DNA of 64,000 nt from the human T2T-CHM13v2.0 reference genome, Homo sapiens: assembly GCF_009914755.1 (NCBI RefSeq), contig NC_060932.1, one strand, 5' to 3'. The stretch's first letter is position 1; each line of letters opens with the position of its first letter. Under the pieces are notes generated by a model. That model had not been told where the DNA came from and did not search any database. It saw nothing but the letters and a program-made list of their open reading frames with translations. The translations under genes and the position numbers were made by a program. Shown here one piece after another: positions 13,890 through 34,621 of the stretch.

Positions 13890-16164
13890 CTTTATATCTG
13901 TCTCCATCTTATAGTAGCTTTTTTAAAACGTTATACTTAAGTCACACACTTCAAAGATGGCCAAAGATTAGATCGAAAAATATTATTTGAAACAATATTA
14001 AATGAAAAATATGAGATTACTGAATAAAAGCTCATATCACAAATTATTTTGAAGATTTAAAGATATTTCAAAGTTTAAAATAGGCATTTATATCTCTAAA
14101 TCACAGTTTATCCTCTTTAAATAATATGCATATGTGTGTGTGCATGTGTGTGCATGTATAGATTGATAGATATATGTTTAATGTAAAGATATAAGACAAA
14201 AGAGGATTTCAATAATAGTATTTTTACTTTTCTTTTAAATTTATGAAGACTTCTTTAGGAAGTTGTTTACTTTTGTAATCATAGACTTCACATTTTCATT
14301 TCACTTCCCTATCATCTATCTCTCCAATATGATTCCCTCCTCTTCTTATCTTACCCTACTCTCAAATAAATGCTCCAATATACTGCTACATTAACAAGGT
14401 GATTATTACAAAGTTATGTATGAACTGCATTAAAAGGCATGAATGAGTCCATGTAGAGCATATCTGAGATATCAGATACACCTGAAAAATGTAAGTATAA
14501 AGGAATTTTCAATGAAATATAAAGTGACTATAGGGAAGCCCTGTAGGTAGACAAAAATAATATAAAAACCCAACTCTTTCTATTTCAAGGATTTGCTTTA
14601 TCTTTTTTGCTTCTGTCTTACGCCTTTCACAACCGTAAGCCAGCCCTTATTTCTGTCGTAGCTGACCTGAGTTTTGCTTATAACCAGGGCATTAATCTGC
14701 AAGGAACCTGCTCTGAGGTTTCCTTGCATAATCTTTAGGATGAATTCCACATAGTAGTCACAGTGACAAAACCCATGTTCTCCCATGTTGGAGAGAAGCA
14801 TCTGATTAGATGTTGGGACTTCAGGCAGAGACTGCTGTCTTCCCAATACTGTAATTTTGGACAAGAAGTTAACTCCTGGTACTTAGAAAACAAATTATTT
14901 TAAAAATAACTTCAAGCTCTAAAACTCTGATCCTGCTCAACAACCAATGCTTAAAGAATCACAGAATCTCAGAGTTCAAAGGAACCTTCAACGATACTTT
15001 TAACACCTTTAACACATCACTAAAATACAGAAGAGAGACCCAGAAGACCTACTAGGACCATTGCTATCACCACAAAGTTCAGATAACGGCAAACTCAATC
15101 TTTTTCACCACCAGATTAAATGAGTCAGACAATCAGCCTCATGATAAAACATTATTTTTAAAAGTTAGATACATTGTTTTGTTTGCTCTGAAAATATTGA
15201 TCAGAATAAAAATCACAATTGACTTTTTAATGGAGAAAGAAATATAGAAAATTTGGACACATCTGTTAACTACTATTTATGGGAAGTGTGTTAGATAAAG
15301 AAGTCCTTTATCCAAGTCTTACAGATTCAGCCTAGAAGCTACAATTAGCAGCAAATATTTCATTCTCCTTCCCTTTGGTCATCTTTGGCAAGTTCTAACT
15401 CTTAAATTTAACCCTATTCTTAAAAAAAAAAACTATTACAGGATTGGCTTAAAATATAGACAAAATGACAATAAAGGGCCATAAACTACAGCTTAATATT
15501 GAAAACACAGCCTCAAAGAACATGCTCCTTGTTTTAAAACATCAACCATTTTGGTTTGAAACTTGGAAAAGGAACAGAGCCTTTTCAGCCCCTGCATTGA
15601 CTTTAGAATTGTATCATTTTTAAGCATGTTTAACGTCCCATGGAGAATTTGTTAATTATTTAGATCCAGGTTAAGTATGGAAAAAGGAGCTTGTTGCTAT
15701 TGTCCTGAAAACCATTCAAACAAGTTACAAATTTGCTGAGGTTGAAGCACTCTTTACTTATAGAATTAATTTATTTTAGTACACGTAATGAACCTTGCTC
15801 TTTTCCAAAAATAATTTGAATCAGTACTTACAGAGAAGCAATTTTTAATCATTTGGGGGACAGGAGTGGGTTTATAGAGTCCACTGAGAAACGGATGACA
15901 TGCGCTTTCACCTAGAGATACTATCTAGAATTTCAAAAAGTTTGCCATTTTCTGAACCTCATTCATTAACTACATATAAGTGACAAAAATTATTTTTGAA
16001 ATCTGCCTCCAGTATTACATGATTTACATGTATTTATGGAATTAAGTCAATGAATTAATCATCATAAGATGTTTACACAAACTTTGACAGGTAGGGTTCA
16101 GTTAAGAATAATTTATATTATCATGAATACATTATTTTACTTTCTTTTTGGAGGGAGTAGAAAA

Positions 16165-16350
16165 GGATTCTCTTTAAGATTTTACTGACATTGCATTAAA
16201 TCTATACAGCAGTTTGGGTAAAACTGTTATTTTTAAAATATTGAATTTTCTGATCAGTGTACATACAATCACTCTCCATTGATTTAGATTTTCCTTAATT
16301 TTCTTTTGCAATATTTGGTAGTTTAAGGAAAAAGTTATGCAGTTTTTTCA
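16165..16350 (-). mobile_element. Old L1M ORF2 fragment
   Basis: attgcattaaatctatacagcagtttggg...ctctccattgatttagattttccttaatttt. Confidence 0.7.
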
Positions 16351-16351
16351 T

Positions 16352-22766
<6,415 letters not shown>

Positions 22767-22906
22767 ATATTTTCTTTAAAGACATAAGAAAATTCTTCCC
22801 AATCAAATATAAAAAGTCTATTCTAAGTTGAATATGAAAGAATATATATACTACCAGTGGTAAAAGATATTGTTGACTTTTAACCAAAAACTCATAAATC
22901 AAAATG

Positions 22907-23269
22907 CAATTGGCCCTTAAAGAACACAGGTTTGGACTACATGGGTTTACGTATATATAATTTTCCTCCATCTATGCCACCTCTGAGACAGCAAGAACCC
23001 CTCCTTTTCCTCCTTCTCCAAAGCTTAATTAACATGAAGATTGTGAGGATGAAGACCTTTAGGATGATCCACTTTCACTTAATGAAATATAAGTAAATAT
23101 ATTTTCACTTTCTTTCAATTTTCTTAATATCATTTTATCTAGCTTACTTCATTGTAAGAATACAGCATATAATTCATATAACATACAAAATATATGTTAA
23201 CTGTTTATGTTATCGGTAAGAATTTCAGTCAACAATAGCCTGTTAGAAGTCAAGTTCAAGGGTTAATTG
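22907..23269 (+). mobile_element. Tigger2a (MER28) DNA transposon with a 3' internal deletion
   Basis: TIRs caattggccctt and aagggttaattg; ctgagacagcaaga, gaggatgaagaccttt, gatccactt. Confidence 0.9.
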
Positions 23270-23410
23270 TAACCACAATAATAACAAAAGCAATTTGTTC
23301 AGTTTTTAAGATATTCCAGATTTCATCTTCTTAAGAACCTTATGAGGAACGTAATACTGTACAAATATCTCCATTATACAAGTGAGTGAACTAAAGTTTA
23401 AAGAAGTTAA

Positions 23411-23750
23411 TGTAGGGGAGTAAAAAATGGCTTCCTTCAACTCTTCTAGGTTCCTTGTCTGGAATATGAATTAAATTGATATAAGACATAAGATTAACAG
23501 GAGGAAAATATATTTAGTGATGCACACATGCATGGGAGTTCCACAAAATGAGACTTGAAGAAGGATCAGGTGACTAAAGTTTCTATAGCGTCCTGGGCTG
23601 CAGAAAGGAATAGGGACTTGGGGCTTCTGGGAGGTGGTGGCACAAGTCATGGGAGGCTGAGGGGAGGAGTCCTGGTGAATAAATGTCTTGTTATGCATAT
23701 AAAAGTCTCTCAGGTAATGGAAGCTATCAGGATCAGTGCTCGGTGAATAA
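23411..23750 (-). mobile_element. ERV1-class (MER34/MER4-group-like) LTR fragment
   Basis: Begins tgtaggggag; gattaacaggaggaaa, catgggagttccac; subfamily uncertain. Confidence 0.55.
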
Positions 23751-24019
23751 GGGTGGGGGATGGTATAGGAAAGTGAATCCCAGGAGGAAAAAAAAGGTTC
23801 TAAAGCAGCCCAGTGCCCCCTAAATGCCCACCCTTTTGTTCTTAGTCCTCAGTGCAACCTCTGTTGTAGTTAACACCTAAAGCATACATGCCCTGGAGCT
23901 TGCCTTCAAGTTGTCCTTGTGAAGGTGAAGATGGCTGGTTCACTGCTCTAATTGAACTAGGCTACAGTTTCATAATCTGTCTATACCTCTCCATTGGTAC
24001 TAATTAATTTATTCAGAAT

Positions 24020-24300
24020 TCTATTTATGAATTGATGCATGCATTTATTGAGCATCTTCTTAGTAGTAAGGGTCAAAGGCAAAGTCTGTGGGCTCATTAT
24101 GTAGGTAGATGGACAGTCACGTAAACCACATAATATAGTGGGACAGTACAAGAACAAGATATGTAACAAGAAGCAACAGTAAGGAAAAAAACAATGAACT
24201 GGGAAGTGTTGGGGTGGAGAGTCTGGGGAAATTTTTACTGAGGTGTTAGAAACCTTTGAGTTGAGTGTTCAAGATAAACCTAATGTTAACCCAATCTCTG
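24020..24300 (-). mobile_element. L2 fragment
   Basis: gcatttattgagcatc...acctttgagttgagtgttcaagataa. Confidence 0.55.
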
Positions 24301-24563
24301 CAGTGCTGCCTGACCCCTATAAACCTCCCAAACTCCGCAATGTTCGGCTAGCCTATAGCATACTAAAATGTGAGTGTTTGCTTAAAAAGCAAAACTAAGA
24401 AATGAATGAATTGGGTTTATGTTTATTTTTGTGGGGACAGTTGCAGCTTTTTACAAAAATGAAGTAAGTGCAGCAGGAATGAGTATTTGGGGTAGATCAT
24501 GGAGATAATGGAAAACATTTTACCCTTCACCCTCTCCCTCTAAAATGTCTGTAGCAGATGCTG

Positions 24564-24724
24564 TTTAGCAGCAACCTGATAATTAATATTAACCAGAGTA
24601 GTTACTTTTTCTTAACACGGACACCTGATTCACTGTTCTGCTACCATTTAGCAGCAGACTGATAATTAATATTAACCAGAGTGGCTACTTTTTCTTAACA
24701 CAGACACCTGACTCAGTGTTCTGC
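24564..24724. repeat. Tandem duplication, period 83 bp (78 bp copies, 7 differences)
   Basis: Copies at 24564-24641 and 24647-24724, both starting tttagcagca...gataattaatattaaccagagt. Confidence 0.95.
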
Positions 24725-24729
24725 ATATA

Positions 24730-24860
24730 TTAATAATTCTTCAGAATAGGTACTAGTCACCCCATTTTTAGATGTAGTTAAGGACATTTTAATTCAGGGA
24801 CTTGTCTAGGTCACAGTAAGTCCCTGAGCAAGGATTGATTGGGCCTAACTTCTGTTTCTT
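24730..24860 (-). mobile_element. MIR fragment
   Basis: ccccatttttagatg...gacttgtctaggtcacag. Confidence 0.6.
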
Positions 24861-25517
24861 GTGCACGTGGAGAGGAATCTCCATATTCCTAGCTGTAGCA
24901 GCTGCCAACAATGAAATGTGCACTTTCCCTCCACAAGTACACAAGAAAACCAGAGCCAATGCCATTGAGTTTTGATAAATGTATACTATCTCAGACCAAA
25001 TATTGCAAAATGCCCTCATTTAAATTAAAAACATGGAACTAATGTCATGTTTTAGCAAGATATTTAGATCTGTTCCCTCTCCCTCCTTGCAATAAAATGA
25101 GGGCTGTCATTTATTGCCGTTGACAAAATACTTATCTTTCATTAGCAAATAAATAATAAACTGAACCCCTTAGACATGACTTCACATCATAGACATGGTA
25201 TCTTTGTCTACAAAATTTCTACATAAAAAGTAGTGAAGTGGGACTCCTTTCCTAAAGGCAAACTAACAACTATTGGTTCATCCACAGTTCCATCAAAGGA
25301 GGGATCTTCCTACTGACCAGAAGACCTGAACAGCCTGAGAATGATTCCTTTCAACTCCGAGAGAAGAAGCTGCAGATGAAGAGCAAGTAGGATGGTGAAG
25401 TGCTTAATCAGTGGCCAGGCAATCAATAAACACAACAGGTCAAATTAGTTGAATTGAATTAAATTGACCTTATGTCTTTGGAGAAAATCCTAAAGACAGA
25501 CAGAAAGAGAGCAGGCT

Positions 25518-25810
25518 GGCCAGGCACAGTGGCTCATGTCTGTAATGCCAGCACTTTGGGAGGCCGAGGTGGGTGGATCATCTGCGGTCAAGAGTTTGAG
25601 AACAGCCTGGCCAACATGGTGAAACCCTGTCTATACTAAATACACAAAAATTAGCCAGGCATAGTGGTGGGTGTCTGCAATCCCAGCTACTTGGGAGGCT
25701 GAGGCAGGAGAATTGCTTGAACTCAGGAGGTGGAGGCTGCAGTGAGCAGCCTGGGCAGCAGAGTGAGACTCCGTCTCAAAAAGAAAAAGAAAAAAGAGAG
25801 AGAGAGAAAA
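25518..25810 (+). mobile_element. AluS with a ~22 bp deletion in the right arm
   Basis: gcagtgagc is joined directly to agcctggg; the A/GA tail is flanked by caggct on both sides. Confidence 0.95.
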
Positions 25811-26924
25811 AACAGGCTAGGGTTGCATGGGCTTGTAATAGCAAAGGAAATCCAGGAGTTAAGAAATTTTAGATGATAGCCTATTAAAGACCAGTTAGAG
25901 ATGTATGCATCTTCAATGTGAGGAGGCTTCAACAGAAAGAAAAAACAGTATTGTCTGTACATATATAGTGTTTGCATATACAGAGAATTGTCTGTGCCCT
26001 TTTCCTTTTCACTCTGTTTCCCTGTCTGTTGGTTATTTTTCTCAGCCAGTAAACTTAATCAAGTTTTCTTTTACTATCAAGCTCCCATTCAATTTTATTC
26101 TCCTCCTTTCTCAAACTTTCTTACTTCTTGTTCTCTGCTCAATGTATACTTTCTCATTGCTCTGCTGAACTTACACTATTGACTCCTTAATTGCTTAATT
26201 CTCTAATTGTAGAAATAAGAATCTTGATCCACAAACTCAGATGTACAAGAAATATATCAAAATTTAATTTAATACATTGATTCTTTAAATCAACCTAATT
26301 CTAGTTATAAGCCATATCTTACTCAGCTCTTAAGATAATCAATCCCCATCTTGCAAGATCCTCCAGGACCTTGCGTTGAAGAGACCTTTAAAGTCTTCTG
26401 TGACACTAGTTAGAGACAAGCAATTTCATGTTCAAGCTGACATGGAGATTTTTAGCGCAGATTTGCTGATGCTTTGAAATCATTTACTCCTGGGACCAAG
26501 ACATCATTTTTGAGAATAAGAATCCTGTACCTAGGGTTCAGCATCTCTGAGTTCATTCATTCTAAAGTGTAGGATTTCCACAGGACACCAAACAAGGCAG
26601 GGAGCAGGGTGTGTCTACTGAGGGACTCACCCACTTTCCCCTTTTATGAATATGGTGGACATGTTCTCATTGTCTCCTTGTCCTCAAAAGACTTCCTCAC
26701 TTTTGCTCTTATCTATGGTATCTACCGTGATCTAGGCTTTCAAAAAAAAAAAAAAAAAAAAAAACTTGCTAAGACTAGGAACGATACATAGCATTGGCAT
26801 GTAGAAAAAGGAAGAAAGAATTCTATAAGAATAAAACATTGGCTAATCCCACCATAAGTCATCCTACCACACAACCTATTGAGCACTTTCTTTTTGGTCC
26901 AGGTAAACTTGACCTAATTTTTCT

Positions 26925-27760
26925 GGTCACCCAAAGTCCACAGTTTACATTAGAGTCACTCTAGGTGTTGTACATTCTATGAGTTTGGATAAATTCTTAA
27001 AGACATACATTCATCATTGTAGTATAATACAGAGTAGTTTCACTGTCTAAAAATCCTCTATTCCCCACCTATTTCTTCCTCTTTTCCTTCTAATCCCTAG
27101 AAACCACTGGTACTTTTTATGATCTTCCTAGTTTTGCCTTTTACAGAATGTCAAGTAGCTGAAATTATACAGTAGATAGCTCTTAAAAAGTGGCGCCTTT
27201 TACCTAGAAACATGCATTTAAATTTCCTGCATGTCTTTTCATGGCTTCATAGCTCATTTCTTTTTAGTGCTTAATAATATTCTGTTGTCTGAAATCAACT
27301 GTTTACAGTTGATCTATCCATTTGCCTACTAAAAAACATTTTGGTTGCTTTCAAGTTTTGAAAATTTTGACTAAAGCTGCTATATACAACTATGTGCAGG
27401 ATTTTGTGTGGACATAAGTTTTCAACTTATTTGGGTAAATACCAGGGAGTGCCATTGCTGGATTGTATGAAAATAACATATTTAGTTTTGTCAGAAATTG
27501 TCAAACTGTCTTCCAAAGTGGCTATAACATTTCACATTCCCACTAGAAATGAATGAGATTTCCTGTTGCTCCATATCTTCACCAACATACATTATTGCCG
27601 GTGTTTTGAGTTTTAACTATTCTAATAGGTATGTAGTGATATCTCATTATTGTTTTAGTTTGCATTTCCTGATGACATATGATGTGGAGCATCTTCTTAC
27701 ATGTTTACATAACTTTCATATATATATATTCAGAGTTGTCTGTTAAAGTCTTTGGCCCTG
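26925..27760 (-). mobile_element. L1MC1-like 3' portion
   Basis: cacccaaagtccacagtttacattag...gtgttgtacattctatgagtttgga; ORF2 3' motifs to ~27750. Confidence 0.85.
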
Positions 27761-27769
27761 GACCTAATT

Positions 27770-28160
27770 TTGATGTTGAATACGATAGAGCACTCTTTTT
27801 TTTTTTTTTTAAAGGACTTCGGCCTTTTGGCTTCAATAGAAGGGCATTCTCCTGGTATCCCCTAGCTATTCTGACATTTTCTTCTCTGTCTCATTTATAT
27901 TAAATACTTCCCACTGACTCCTTGACTTTTGGTTTTCTCAAGGTTCCCTTCACAGCTTTCCCTGGGAGCACTCACCCACAATTATGGTTTCAACTACCGT
28001 TATCTCAATCCCTATATTATCTAACTCAGTAAGTTTTATGCAAATGCTCAAGTTGGAAACACAAGAAATATTTTTGACATCTTTGTCTTCTTCACCCTCA
28101 CTCCCAAACCTATTTATCAGAATATCTTGCTAACTTTCCAGCTCAATCAGTATGCAAATG
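27770..28160 (+). mobile_element. Degenerate L2 fragments
   Basis: cattctcctggt, ttccctgggagcactcaccc, atggtttcaactacc. Confidence 0.45.
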
Positions 28161-28760
28161 ACTCTATCTCACTTTCATAATGTACATTTCCATCGAGAAC
28201 ATTCAACTCTATTACATAAGCATCAAATATAAATCATAGGCAAAATGTTTAATATGTTTCAAGTACAAATATGAAGCCAGTAAGCTAAAGCTGGTAAGGC
28301 ATGGGCAGAATTCATTCAATATGTTAAGGGTAAGTTAAGTATACAACATATAAAGCATAAGAGAAGTAATTAGCAAGTCAAGTACATATGTATTAAACAT
28401 AGAGAGGAATGGCAGGACCACAAGATACTGAATATTCCTCAGGCACTTGAGACTAAGCCTGAAAGAGGCACTAAAATATTCAAAATGTGCTAAATATACA
28501 TAATACCTAATAGTCATGAGATCTTAATTTAGTCACCTATTGATTAAAACCATTCTGATGCATGTGACCATCAACCAAGGAACACATATGAAATTCCTGA
28601 ATGTTCATCAAACTAATTGGCAAACTGCAACTAACTGCACATACTTATCTTTCAGTATCTTTGATAGAGGTAGTGTCTGCTATTGATTCAGGGCACCTTC
28701 TGTCCATGGTTCACCATCAGCAAGGGAGACTGATGTGGAAGAATGAGAGAGAAAGAGGAA

Positions 28761-28784
28761 GAGAGAGAGAGAGAGAGAGAGAGA
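28761..28784. repeat. (GA)12 microsatellite
   Basis: Read directly. Confidence 0.95.
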
Positions 28785-28889
28785 AGATATAAAAATATTG
28801 AATACCCCAAAAATTCAATTGTGTGCTTCTTTACTCAACTTTCTCCCTATTCTAAATGTGTTATTTTATTGTATCACTTTCCCCATAGT

Positions 28890-29067
28890 TCTTCTTTTTT
28901 TTTTTATCTTTTCTTAAAATACCTTTATTTCCTTTTCAAGCCCGAAAAATGGTTTTGCCAGATATAGGGTATATATTGCTGGGCAATAGGATTTGGAAGA
29001 TGGTGAAAATATATTTCACTCATCACTTGAAATATATTGTGCCATTTCCATCTGGCCTGCATGGTTT
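28890..29067 (-). mobile_element. Old L1M fragment (ORF1-side region)
   Basis: cacttgaaatatattgtgccatttccatctggcctgcatggtttc. Confidence 0.55.
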
Positions 29068-29866
<799 letters not shown>

Positions 29867-30129
29867 TAATGAAGTGGTGATTCAGTTTCCACTGTGAGTC
29901 TTTCTATTCCATAACCTCTGGGACAGCTTACTTGTTGGTGTGCTTGGAGGTGATCGTTGCATCATTTTTTTTTTACTTAACACCATCTTGTATCAATATC
30001 CTAGAGCCTCTCTCATCACTCTTCACTTTAGCCTTCCAGCTCACCTCCGTTACCTCCAATACTATCTGCCCCCATTGATCAGTCAAATGATAGCCAGACT
30101 GATCTTCTTAAGATACACTTTGACCATGT

Positions 30130-30830
30130 TCATTCCAAACACTACTGAACACTCAGCATGTGCCAAGTATAATGCAAGGTCTAGGGATATAGCAGATGTA
30201 GCTGTTTTCTCTATCACACGTTTAGCTTTAGTGGCTTTGGGGTAAGGTAGGGTAGAAAGTGAGGCTGGATTTACCAGGCAACAAATAAATACTCACATAA
30301 GTAATTGAAAATTTCAATTTTAGTATGAGTTATTACAGAAAGGTAAAGGTTTTAAAACAGGAGTAACAAATAAAGATTGAGAAGAAGATTGGGGAAGATC
30401 TCCCTGAGGAAGTGAGCTGGGGGGCAAAAGAGTAGGAATTAGCAGGAGGTAAAGACAGGACAGCCTTCTAGCTGAAGGAAAAGCGAATGAGGGAGGCTGA
30501 GAGCCCCAAGAAACATAGCGCACTTCAGAGATTGGCAAGAAAACCACTGGTGCCTTTAATTCATTTTACTAAGAAGCTGAATGGCCTGAGATGAGGTTAT
30601 AAATCTGGATAGAGAGAAATCATGCACCCATTTTAAAGATGTTTACCTTTATTCTAAGAGCAATGAGAAACCATAGAGCAGTTTTCAGCACAGGAATGAC
30701 ATACACTTATTAGTGTTTTAAATGTTAGGTTGAGTTTTGCTTGAACCAGGGCAAATGGAGAGAAGTTCAGTTGTGGATAAGCCATTGTCAAGCCTGAGCA
30801 AATGGTGGCCTTGCTTAGGCTGTGGACAAT
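30130..30830 (-). mobile_element. L2 fragment
   Basis: actgaacactcagcatgtgccaag...ccctgaggaagtga...attctaagagcaatgagaaacca. Confidence 0.65.
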
Positions 30831-31255
30831 GAAGAAGAAAGTGAATGTTTGTATGTGAGATTTAGCTTATATATTTAAAATTCTACAGAAATCACTAGTG
30901 AATAAATATTATGGATGAACCTATTTCTAGCAAGAAGGAAAAAATGTTTAAAACAAAAACATTATATTAATTGTGACTCATTATAGTATGCTACAAAGCA
31001 AAATAGTTCTCCTTATCATCTCCCCACATGAAGACATTTTTATTTTATGTAAATTTTCATTGTTTGGTTCATCCACTTTAATCTATTGAAGAAGATTCCA
31101 AATTGTCTACAAGATTCCACCGTCTCCCTTCTTTAGTCCCTTCCCATTAAAACTAATGACTATTTAAAATCCACAGATCTGGTCCTGCATAAAAATCATA
31201 GATGATTCTCCATTGCTTAAAGAATGCCTTAAATAATTTTAAAAGCTTATTTTCA

Positions 31256-31570
<315 letters not shown>

Positions 31571-32189
31571 TTATTTTCAACTTGCAAACGGAAAATATAA
31601 AAAGACATGAGAATCTCTGCATAGAAATGTTTTCCTCTAAGCAACTAAATTTCTTTTATTTCCTTTCCCTATAATCTCCATTTCAAATCTGAAAACCCCA
31701 CACACCCCAATTGTGAATTGTTGATGTATAAAACTGAGAAACTTCCACAATCTAGCTCTAAGTTACATTAAAATAGTGTCATCTTCTGCTTCTCTTCACC
31801 ATGCCATCCTACTCGCTTTTTCCAAAAAAAGCACTATTAAATTTCATCTTTTATTTCCCCAGAATGGTTTCATTCATTTTTTCTCTAAGTATAAAAAACC
31901 CTACTCATCATTAAGTACATAGCAATTGCTAAATTTTTTGACACCTTCCTCATTTTCCTAGGCAAAATTTTTTTCCACACGTAGTACGTTCTTTTCTCTC
32001 TTGTGATGGCCTGTGAACGTTTGCCTTGTGTTAAGCTTATTTCTGCCTCTCTGAGAAAAATGTGAACTTTCTGAGGAGGAAGGATGTTTGTGGTCTTCCC
32101 TAGAGCCTAGTCCATTGCCTGATATATAGTGTGTGTGTTTGGTTATTTTTATAAACTCTTTTTTTATCTTAATGTTTTTATTTTATCTC

Positions 32190-32699
32190 TGTGAGGAGAA
32201 AATTTGCAATGGGTCTCTAGCATTTGTGTACTTCTTGTGAGTAGAAGCACGGACTGTCTGCTCTGGAATACCTTTGCAGGGATAGTTGGATAACAAATAG
32301 GTGCAAAGTAGAGCTAGTGTTTCTCTCAGAAACAAAGGATCACTCTGTTCACTGTCTGATATAATGATAACGATGTCTCTTTCTGGGGCCAAGATTAGGC
32401 AGGCTTACTGCCTCTTATAAAAGATTTGGCTTCCCCAAACTCAGACTGCTCTCCTGGAACACAACCCACTGTGTTCACAGGTATCACCTGACCCTGCTTG
32501 CTTTGACTTTTGGGAACTGGAGTTGAAGGAACTGGAACAAAGGCTGAGACTGTGGATGCTGTTATTGCTGTCAGGAATAAAATCCTTTGTCTCTGATCCT
32601 GGAGTCTCAAGTCTTCTGCCAGCTTCTATGAATCCACAGCAGATTAACTTGTTAGTGGATAAGTAGGATAAAATCTCAGACCCTTCATGGTTCTTAACA
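32190..32699 (+). mobile_element. LTR40-like ERVL solo LTR
   Basis: TG...CA ends; atgggtctctagcatt, tataaaagattt, caacccactgtg, aataaaatcctttgtctctga. Confidence 0.8.
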
Positions 32700-33231
32700 A
32701 TGACCAGGCCACCAACTGTCATGCCAGATTCTGTCTCCTTTTGATTTTTATTGGAAACCAACCAAACATTAAGGGCTTTCCTCCAAAAGAGGCAACATTG
32801 AAGACAAAAGAAGAGAGAATTTTCCTATGTTCTCATGCCTGGAAATCATTAATCTTTAATCTGTGGGAAAGGCTATAAATCAATGGGAACTGACATTTCA
32901 AGTTATAAATGAAACTGCCTTAATATTTCAAAGACACTGACCCTAAATGTCTTCCAAAATGTACAGGACTGCTCCAGTGTGTAGAAAGTTTAATTCTAGA
33001 TTTTTGAACGTATATTACTAAAACTATTACTTAGCACTACATTGATGACAAAATAAATACATCTTAGGCTGATAACACATGTTACTTGGGTCATATTCCC
33101 ATTTTATAAAAAGTTAAATGTATGTTGCCAAACCAATTTTTTATTTTTGAAATGATATACTCTTTCTTTATCAATATTCAGCTGACTGCTAACCTGCAGA
33201 AAGTGTAAATTTTTTAAAAGTAGAAAAGTAG

Positions 33232-33611
33232 TGTCTTGGTCTGCTTGGGCTGCTATAACAAAATACCATAGACTGGGTGGTTTAAACAACTAACATTTAT
33301 TTCTCACAGTTCTGGAGATTTGAAAGTCCAAGATCAAGATGCCAGCTGACTCAGTTTAATGTGAGGGCTTCCGTCTTCTCTGGCAGACCCCAGCTTTCTT
33401 GTTGTTCTTCTCACATGCTAGAAAGAGAGAAGGAGTGCAAGCTCTTTGATCTTTTCTGATAAGGGCACTAATCCCATTATGAGGACCTTTTACCATCATG
33501 ATCTCACCTAAAGGTAATTACCTGCCAAAGGCCCCATCTCAAAATAGAACCACATTGAGGGATAGGGTTTCAACATATGAATTGTGGGGAGGCACAATTC
33601 AGTCCATAGCA
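33232..33611 (-). mobile_element. MLT1A0 solo LTR
   Basis: gggctgctataacaaaataccatagactgggtgg...ttcagtccatagca. Confidence 0.92.
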
Positions 33612-33855
33612 AGCAATATACTGTTTATATTAGTAATATTATGCTCCTACAATGAAAGTATTAATATCTCTTCTTGTAAACCTAATCTATATTTGCAGAT
33701 AAATCTAAAATGTTGATAACACTAAGTTATAAAAAGTTTTTTCTCTTCTTTATTCTATAATTTTTATTTAAAAAATATGAATAATATTTTGTTTTACACT
33801 TACATGTATTTATTATTTTTCAATAACAACAAAAGCATGGTTATAACTTTTACTT

Positions 33856-33919
33856 AGATATGTTTTATAAGAAACTATTCCAATGATAGATATGTTTTAT
33901 AAGAAACTATTCCAATGAT
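33856..33919. repeat. Perfect 32 bp tandem duplication
   Basis: agatatgttttataagaaactattccaatgat x2. Confidence 0.97.
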
Positions 33920-33976
33920 AGTTAAAAAATATTAGACAAAGTCAACATAGAATATGTTTGTATGCCCACAATGGTC

Positions 33977-34060
33977 CTAATTGATTAATACTTGTGAACT
34001 AAAAGAAAAAAATAAATTCTAATTGATTAATACTTGTGAACTAAAAGAAAAAAATAAATT
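33977..34060. repeat. Perfect 42 bp tandem duplication
   Basis: ctaattgattaatacttgtgaactaaaagaaaaaaataaatt x2. Confidence 0.97.
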
Positions 34061-34621
34061 CAACCATCACTTTACACATTTGTAATTGATACATTATATG
34101 CACACTATTTAGGCAGCTAGTCCTATCTCCTTTGTCTAATATTTCTCATAAAATTATATAATTTAAATTTTCAAATTTATCACAAGTAGAGAAAACAGGA
34201 AAACACGGGAACCCCTCACCTAATTTAAATAGTTATGACCACTTGGCTCTTTAGGAAAAAAAACTCTACATCCTTTGTAATCCAGAATGAAAAATTTTAA
34301 GAGCAAAATAGTAACATTCCTTCTTAAATAATTTATTAAAGGGAAGTTTTGGTATACTGGCAGTTAGAAAAGGTGTGGGCCCGAGGAAATGGAGAGGAAA
34401 TAGAGGAAAAAATGCTGGGAAAAAAAAAAAAAAAAGAAAGGTTTCCAATGGATTGTCATTACCCTCATTTTGATAGTTTTAAAGCTAGTACTTGTAGTAA
34501 CATGAACTTTATTGAGCACATAAAATATTTCCTATATTAACTATCTCATATCTTGAAGAGGTGTTAACAACTGCTAGATCATTATAAACCACTTTTTCCA
34601 AAATAAGTCTTTAATTCATTC

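Noticed and set aside
26742-26764. Isolated A23 tract as the tail of a processed pseudogene
   Set aside because: No TSD, upstream poly(A) signal or recognisable transcript sequence.
33856-34060. Direct repeats of 32 and 42 bp as CRISPR-like repeats
   Set aside because: Each has only two adjacent copies with no spacers, in a eukaryotic context.
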